A stretch of 64,000 nt of DNA from positions 768,001 through 832,000 of the forward strand of contig JBGANV010000002.1 of NCBI GenBank assembly GCA_044222185.1, given 5' to 3'. The notes below the pieces were generated by a model. It did no database searches, was not told where the DNA came from, and saw only the letters and a list, made by a program, of their open reading frames with translations. Source of the DNA: Planctomycetota bacterium (lineage in GTDB: Bacteria; Planctomycetota; GCA-002687715; CAIWVZ01). Below are positions 60,175 through 64,000 of the stretch, in pieces (the first letter of the stretch is position 1; every line of letters starts with the position of its first letter). The position numbers and the translations under genes were made by a program.

Positions 60175-61644
60175 ATGAAATTGATCCATCGCCGGATCAT
60201 CGCCGTGTCGATCCTGTCAGCGTTCGTATGCGGTGCGCAGCAACCTACCAATCACATCTGGGCGACGAACTTCAGCGGATCCACGAAATCGGTCACTCGT
60301 CTGAACCTCGTCGGTTCTCAGGACAACACGTTCACGTTTGCGGGCACGTTCACCCCGTTTGGCCTCGCGGTCGACCCCACGGGCAACCTGTGGGTCGGGA
60401 GCAACGGGAACTCCGTGTCGAAGGTCGACACCTCCGGCGTCACCGTCGGGACGTTCGTCGTGGGATCGTTCCCGCAGAGCGTCGCCACCGACTCTCAAGG
60501 CAACGTGTTCGTGGCCAACCGCAGCAGCAACTCGGTGACGAAGCTGAACAACTCGGGTGTGGTCCAGGGGACGACGCCACTCGGCGCCGGCGTATCGCCG
60601 ATCGGCATCATCGTCGACCAGTTGGACACGGCGTGGGTGAGCGGCTTCCACGCCAGCACGTCGACGGTTCACCAGCTCTTCCACCTCGACAACGCGGGCG
60701 TCGTCACGAACACGTTCTCGTACACGTCGACCGCGGCAGGGTTCGGATTCTCGTTCCCCACGGTCGACGCGAACGGTGACGTCTGGGTCGCCAACCAGGC
60801 GCGCCTGTCAGTCATGCAGATCGACTCGGCCGGGACCGTCCTGAGCGAGACGCCGCTTTCGCCGGGGCTTCCCCGTGGCTGTGAAGTCGACGGTCTGGGC
60901 TTCTGCTGGGTCGCATCGCAGGGGACGGGCGGCCGGTGTTTCAAGGTCGATCAGTCGGGCGTCGTCGTCGCGACGTACACGGCCCCTTCCGGCACGTCCT
61001 TCACGACCGTGTCGATCGACGCCAACGGCGACCCGTGGGTCTTCGGCTTCAGCTCCGGCTCGGCGACCAAGCTCTGGCAGGTCGACGCGACCGTGCTCGC
61101 AACGACCGCGCTTCCCACGGGCGGCTCGGCCTGGGGCGGTGACTCGGGCAGCTACCACCTCTGCAGGGATCTGTCGCCTTCGGGGGACTTCGACGGCGAC
61201 AGCTTCGCGAACGGCGACGAGGTGGCGAACGGAACCAACCCGCTCGACGCGCGCTCCACGCCGGTGGCGCCGACTCCGATCCAGTCCGGCGTCGCGCATC
61301 CGGGCTCGACGGTGAACATCACGATGCGCCTGCGGCCGGACGCCAATCTCCCGTACATCATGGCGGCATCCGGCGGAGATTCTCCCGGCATCCCGCTCGG
61401 CGACAGCCGCATCGTCCCGTTGAACTTCGACGCGCTGTTCCTGATCTCGTTGCAGCCGAACCCGTTCTTCTCGGGCTTCGTCGGTGCGCTCGATGCCAAC
61501 GGGGACGCGAAGGCGCAGGCGTTCATCCCGGCCGACCCGGGCCTCGTCGGACTCTCGTTCGCCGTCGCGTTCGTCACGCTGAATCCGAGCGCCTCGCTCG
61601 GAATCCAGACGGTGAGCAACTCGACGATCATCAACATCCTATGA
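60175..61644 (+). CDS. Secreted NHL/Vgb-like beta-propeller protein with DxDGD repeat and C-terminal module
   Basis: GAGGAG RBS and signal peptide. Repeats P.G.AVD..GN.WV, then DFDGDSFANGDEVANGTNPLD. Confidence 0.82.
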   Translation: MKLIHRRIIAVSILSAFVCGAQQPTNHIWATNFSGSTKSVTRLNLVGSQDNTFTFAGTFTPFGLAVDPTGNLWVGSNGNSVSKVDTSGVTVGTFVVGSFPQSVATDSQGNVFVANRSSNSVTKLNNSGVVQGTTPLGAGVSPIGIIVDQLDTAWVSGFHASTSTVHQLFHLDNAGVVTNTFSYTSTAAGFGFSFPTVDANGDVWVANQARLSVMQIDSAGTVLSETPLSPGLPRGCEVDGLGFCWVASQGTGGRCFKVDQSGVVVATYTAPSGTSFTTVSIDANGDPWVFGFSSGSATKLWQVDATVLATTALPTGGSAWGGDSGSYHLCRDLSPSGDFDGDSFANGDEVANGTNPLDARSTPVAPTPIQSGVAHPGSTVNITMRLRPDANLPYIMAASGGDSPGIPLGDSRIVPLNFDALFLISLQPNPFFSGFVGALDANGDAKAQAFIPADPGLVGLSFAVAFVTLNPSASLGIQTVSNSTIINIL

Positions 61645-62645
61645 GCGAATCGGGATGCCGCCGCATCGCGGCGATCCTCCTCGCGGCCGTCACTCTGGGC
61701 GGCTGCGGCGATGACGCCGCCTCCCGGGCCCGGATCCTCGATCTGGAAGCCCGACTCGCGAAAGCCGAGGGCGAACTGGCGGAGCGGCGGCGTTTCGACG
61801 ATTGGCTCGACCAGTCGTTGAAGCAGCGAGGTATCGACGTGCCGCGAACCGCGGCGCCGCCGGCGCCTACCGGCGCCGATACCGTGGATGTGGATCTCGC
61901 TGCGCTCACCGCCGCGCACCTCGCCGTGCTCACGGCCACGGAAGCGAGGAACGAGGCCGACTACAACCGGGCGCGATCCGAGGAGACCGCTCGGATCGCG
62001 GCGCTGCGACGGCAGGCACCACGCGCGGTCCCTGCGATCCTCCGCGCACTCGCGCTGAACGAGAAGCAGGGGAGCGTGAACGAGGCGGCGTACTACTTGA
62101 GCGTCGCCGTCGCCGTCGATGCGAAGGCGATGAACGCGCAACTCGAGGGTATTCTCGTCGATCCGGCACGACCTTCCGGCCTGCGTGCGGAGGCGGGGCG
62201 AGCACTCATCGAGCACGACCGTCCGCGCGCGATCACTCTCGTCTCCAAACTCCTGGGTCCAGGGGGCGGCGCGTTTCCCGAGCTGTTCATCGTCGTGCAC
62301 GAACTGGGACAGACGCGCGACCCGGCGACTCTGCCCGTGCTCGTTCAGGCGCTGCGAGAGAGCGCGGACCGCTCGACGCGTTGTCATGCGGCGACGGCAC
62401 TCGGGCTCCAGCCCGGCGATGCGAGCTTCCGCGCGCTGACGCAGGCGGCCCGCTCCGACGAGTACCCCGCGGTGCGAATCAACGCCTTGAGGGCGCTCAC
62501 TCACGCCGCGTCGGATGCGGCGGCCGTGCGCGCCGTGGCCCAGGAGATCCTCGCCTCCGACGCATCGAAAGAGGTCAAGGCCGTCGCCCAAGAGGTCGCA
62601 AACCAGCCGGGTGGACCACAGCGACCGGCCGAATCACGCCGGTGA
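61641..62645 (+). CDS. HEAT-repeat lipoprotein
   Basis: ATGA coupling, lipobox LGGC, a coiled coil, and HEAT/PBS repeats (RCHAATALG, VRINALRAL). Confidence 0.78.
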   Translation: MSESGCRRIAAILLAAVTLGGCGDDAASRARILDLEARLAKAEGELAERRRFDDWLDQSLKQRGIDVPRTAAPPAPTGADTVDVDLAALTAAHLAVLTATEARNEADYNRARSEETARIAALRRQAPRAVPAILRALALNEKQGSVNEAAYYLSVAVAVDAKAMNAQLEGILVDPARPSGLRAEAGRALIEHDRPRAITLVSKLLGPGGGAFPELFIVVHELGQTRDPATLPVLVQALRESADRSTRCHAATALGLQPGDASFRALTQAARSDEYPAVRINALRALTHAASDAAAVRAVAQEILASDASKEVKAVAQEVANQPGGPQRPAESRR

Positions 62646-62661
62646 TCGGCACCACGCGCGC

Positions 62662-64000
62662 ATGAAATCGGGCGAATCTTCGTGGCAGACGTGGCGCCTC
62701 GTCGGGGCGCTCGCACTTCTCGTCGCCGCGGTCATCGCCCAAGGGGAGTCGGGCCTCGCCTCGTTTCGAGTGGTGGACGAGGCCGGCAAGCCCGTCGCCG
62801 GCGTGCGCGTTCGGGCCCGACTGCCGCTCGAGGTCGCGTACTCGGACCTCGACCGCAAGAGTTTCGACGGGAAGAGCGACGCCAACGGCGAGGTGGTCAT
62901 CGAAGGGCTCCCGGTGGGTCGCCCAGTCATCGCCGAGATCAACGCCCCCAAGATGATCGGTGCTCAAAGTGTCGTCACGATCGCGCGACGCAAGGCCGGC
63001 GTCGATGCGACCTCACCCGAGCCGGTCATCATGCTCACGCCGGGTCGGTCGGTGCGCGTTCGCGTGACGGCGGTCGATGGTCGGCCGATCGGCGGCGCCG
63101 AGATCCGACTGCTCCCGCTCCTCGAGAGTCGGCTCGATCCCCGCGGACACGTGGACCGCGACGCGACGTCCGGCTCGACGCGAGTCGTCCTCGCGGACAC
63201 ATCCGGCGTGGCGGTGATCGACAAGCTCCCGGCCGGGCCCATCACGTGCGAAGTTCGCGCCGAGGGCTTCGACTCGCAACTGGACGTGATCGAGCCGCAG
63301 GCATCACCCGCAACCGTCGACTTCCGCCTCGCGCGCGATCCGTCACCACCGCCCGCGACGATGCCGTGGCTCGGCTCCATCGGGACGGCGCTCGAGACGG
63401 CGAAGAAGGGAACGCTCCCGGTCCTCGTCGCCATGACGATGGATGGCGAACGTGCCAACGACTCGCTGCCGGTCTTCCACTACCGCGACCGCGAGGTGAC
63501 GCGGGTGGCTCGCAGATTCCCGATGCTCTTGTCGTCCGCGTTCGGCAACGGGGGAGTGCATGCCCCGGGTGTGGACCACGCCCAGCAGAACGGCCTCTGC
63601 GCGCGCTACGGCTCCGTCGATTGCCACGCGCATCAGGCGATCGAGCGGTGGGCACGCGCCCGGTTCATCGACCCGAATGAACCGTTCGAGGTGCCGCGCC
63701 ACATCATCCTCGGGCCCGAGGGCGAGGTCCTGATTCATCGGGTGTACTACCTGGCGGAGCGCGATCTCCTGCGTCTGCTCGTGCGCGGCCTCCGGCTCGT
63801 CAATCCGAGGATCGCTGCCGACCTGGCGCGGGCGCGGCTCGCGCCCATCGTGACGGATCTCCAGGCCGCCGATGGGACGTGTCGTGCCCGGGGAATGGAT
63901 GCTCTCGCCCTCCTCGTGAACTCGGGCGACGAGCATGCGGTCGCGCTGCTCGCGGACCTCGTTCCGGCCAAGGTTCCCGCGCCCGACAGATTGATGATCG
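62662..64000 (+). CDS. Secreted multidomain protein (carboxypeptidase-regulatory-like repeats plus thioredoxin-like domain), truncated by window end
   Basis: Absent from the track because it has no stop. MKSGESSW... signal peptide, VVDEAGKPVAGV, and in-frame PWLGSIGTALETAKKGTLPVLVAMTMDGERAND. Confidence 0.72.
   Translation, partial: MKSGESSWQTWRLVGALALLVAAVIAQGESGLASFRVVDEAGKPVAGVRVRARLPLEVAYSDLDRKSFDGKSDANGEVVIEGLPVGRPVIAEINAPKMIGAQSVVTIARRKAGVDATSPEPVIMLTPGRSVRVRVTAVDGRPIGGAEIRLLPLLESRLDPRGHVDRDATSGSTRVVLADTSGVAVIDKLPAGPITCEVRAEGFDSQLDVIEPQASPATVDFRLARDPSPPPATMPWLGSIGTALETAKKGTLPVLVAMTMDGERANDSLPVFHYRDREVTRVARRFPMLLSSAFGNGGVHAPGVDHAQQNGLCARYGSVDCHAHQAIERWARARFIDPNEPFEVPRHIILGPEGEVLIHRVYYLAERDLLRLLVRGLRLVNPRIAADLARARLAPIVTDLQAADGTCRARGMDALALLVNSGDEHAVALLADLVPAKVPAPDRLMI

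Overview
High-GC bacterial DNA (roughly 68-70% by eye). The gene content (many Ser/Thr kinases with TPR or FGE domains, a kinase-linked ECF sigma factor, 'FDDGSGPALYAGG' propeller proteins) suggests Planctomycetota; this is an inference. About 33 genes are supported, and most alternative long ORFs in the track are GC-rich shadow frames. In order: a GspE/PilB ATPase plus receiver, several secreted proteins, a DUF4139-like gene with a two-component system, metabolic and redox enzymes, a 205-bp REP-like tandem array next to a heavily frameshifted IS3 element, three tandem kinase-TPR paralogs, a large trypsin-fold protein whose catalytic Ser is Asp, two kinase-FGE genes divergent from an ECF sigma, three tandem Cys-rich secreted paralogs plus a decayed fourth, a GT-C glycosyltransferase, and a coupled three-gene unit (atypical Lgt, Tes/GDGT-MAS-like radical SAM, small membrane protein with a near-C-terminal Cys). 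Best candidates for undescribed biology: (1) the Lgt/Tes-like/small-protein operon as a possible lipopeptide or lipid tail-crosslinking pathway; (2) a shared ~110-130 aa C-terminal module on about nine secreted proteins, a possible sorting signal; (3) a recurrent C-terminal AESR(P/R) tag. No rRNA, tRNA or CRISPR array was recognised. All family calls come from motif recognition by eye; no searches were run.
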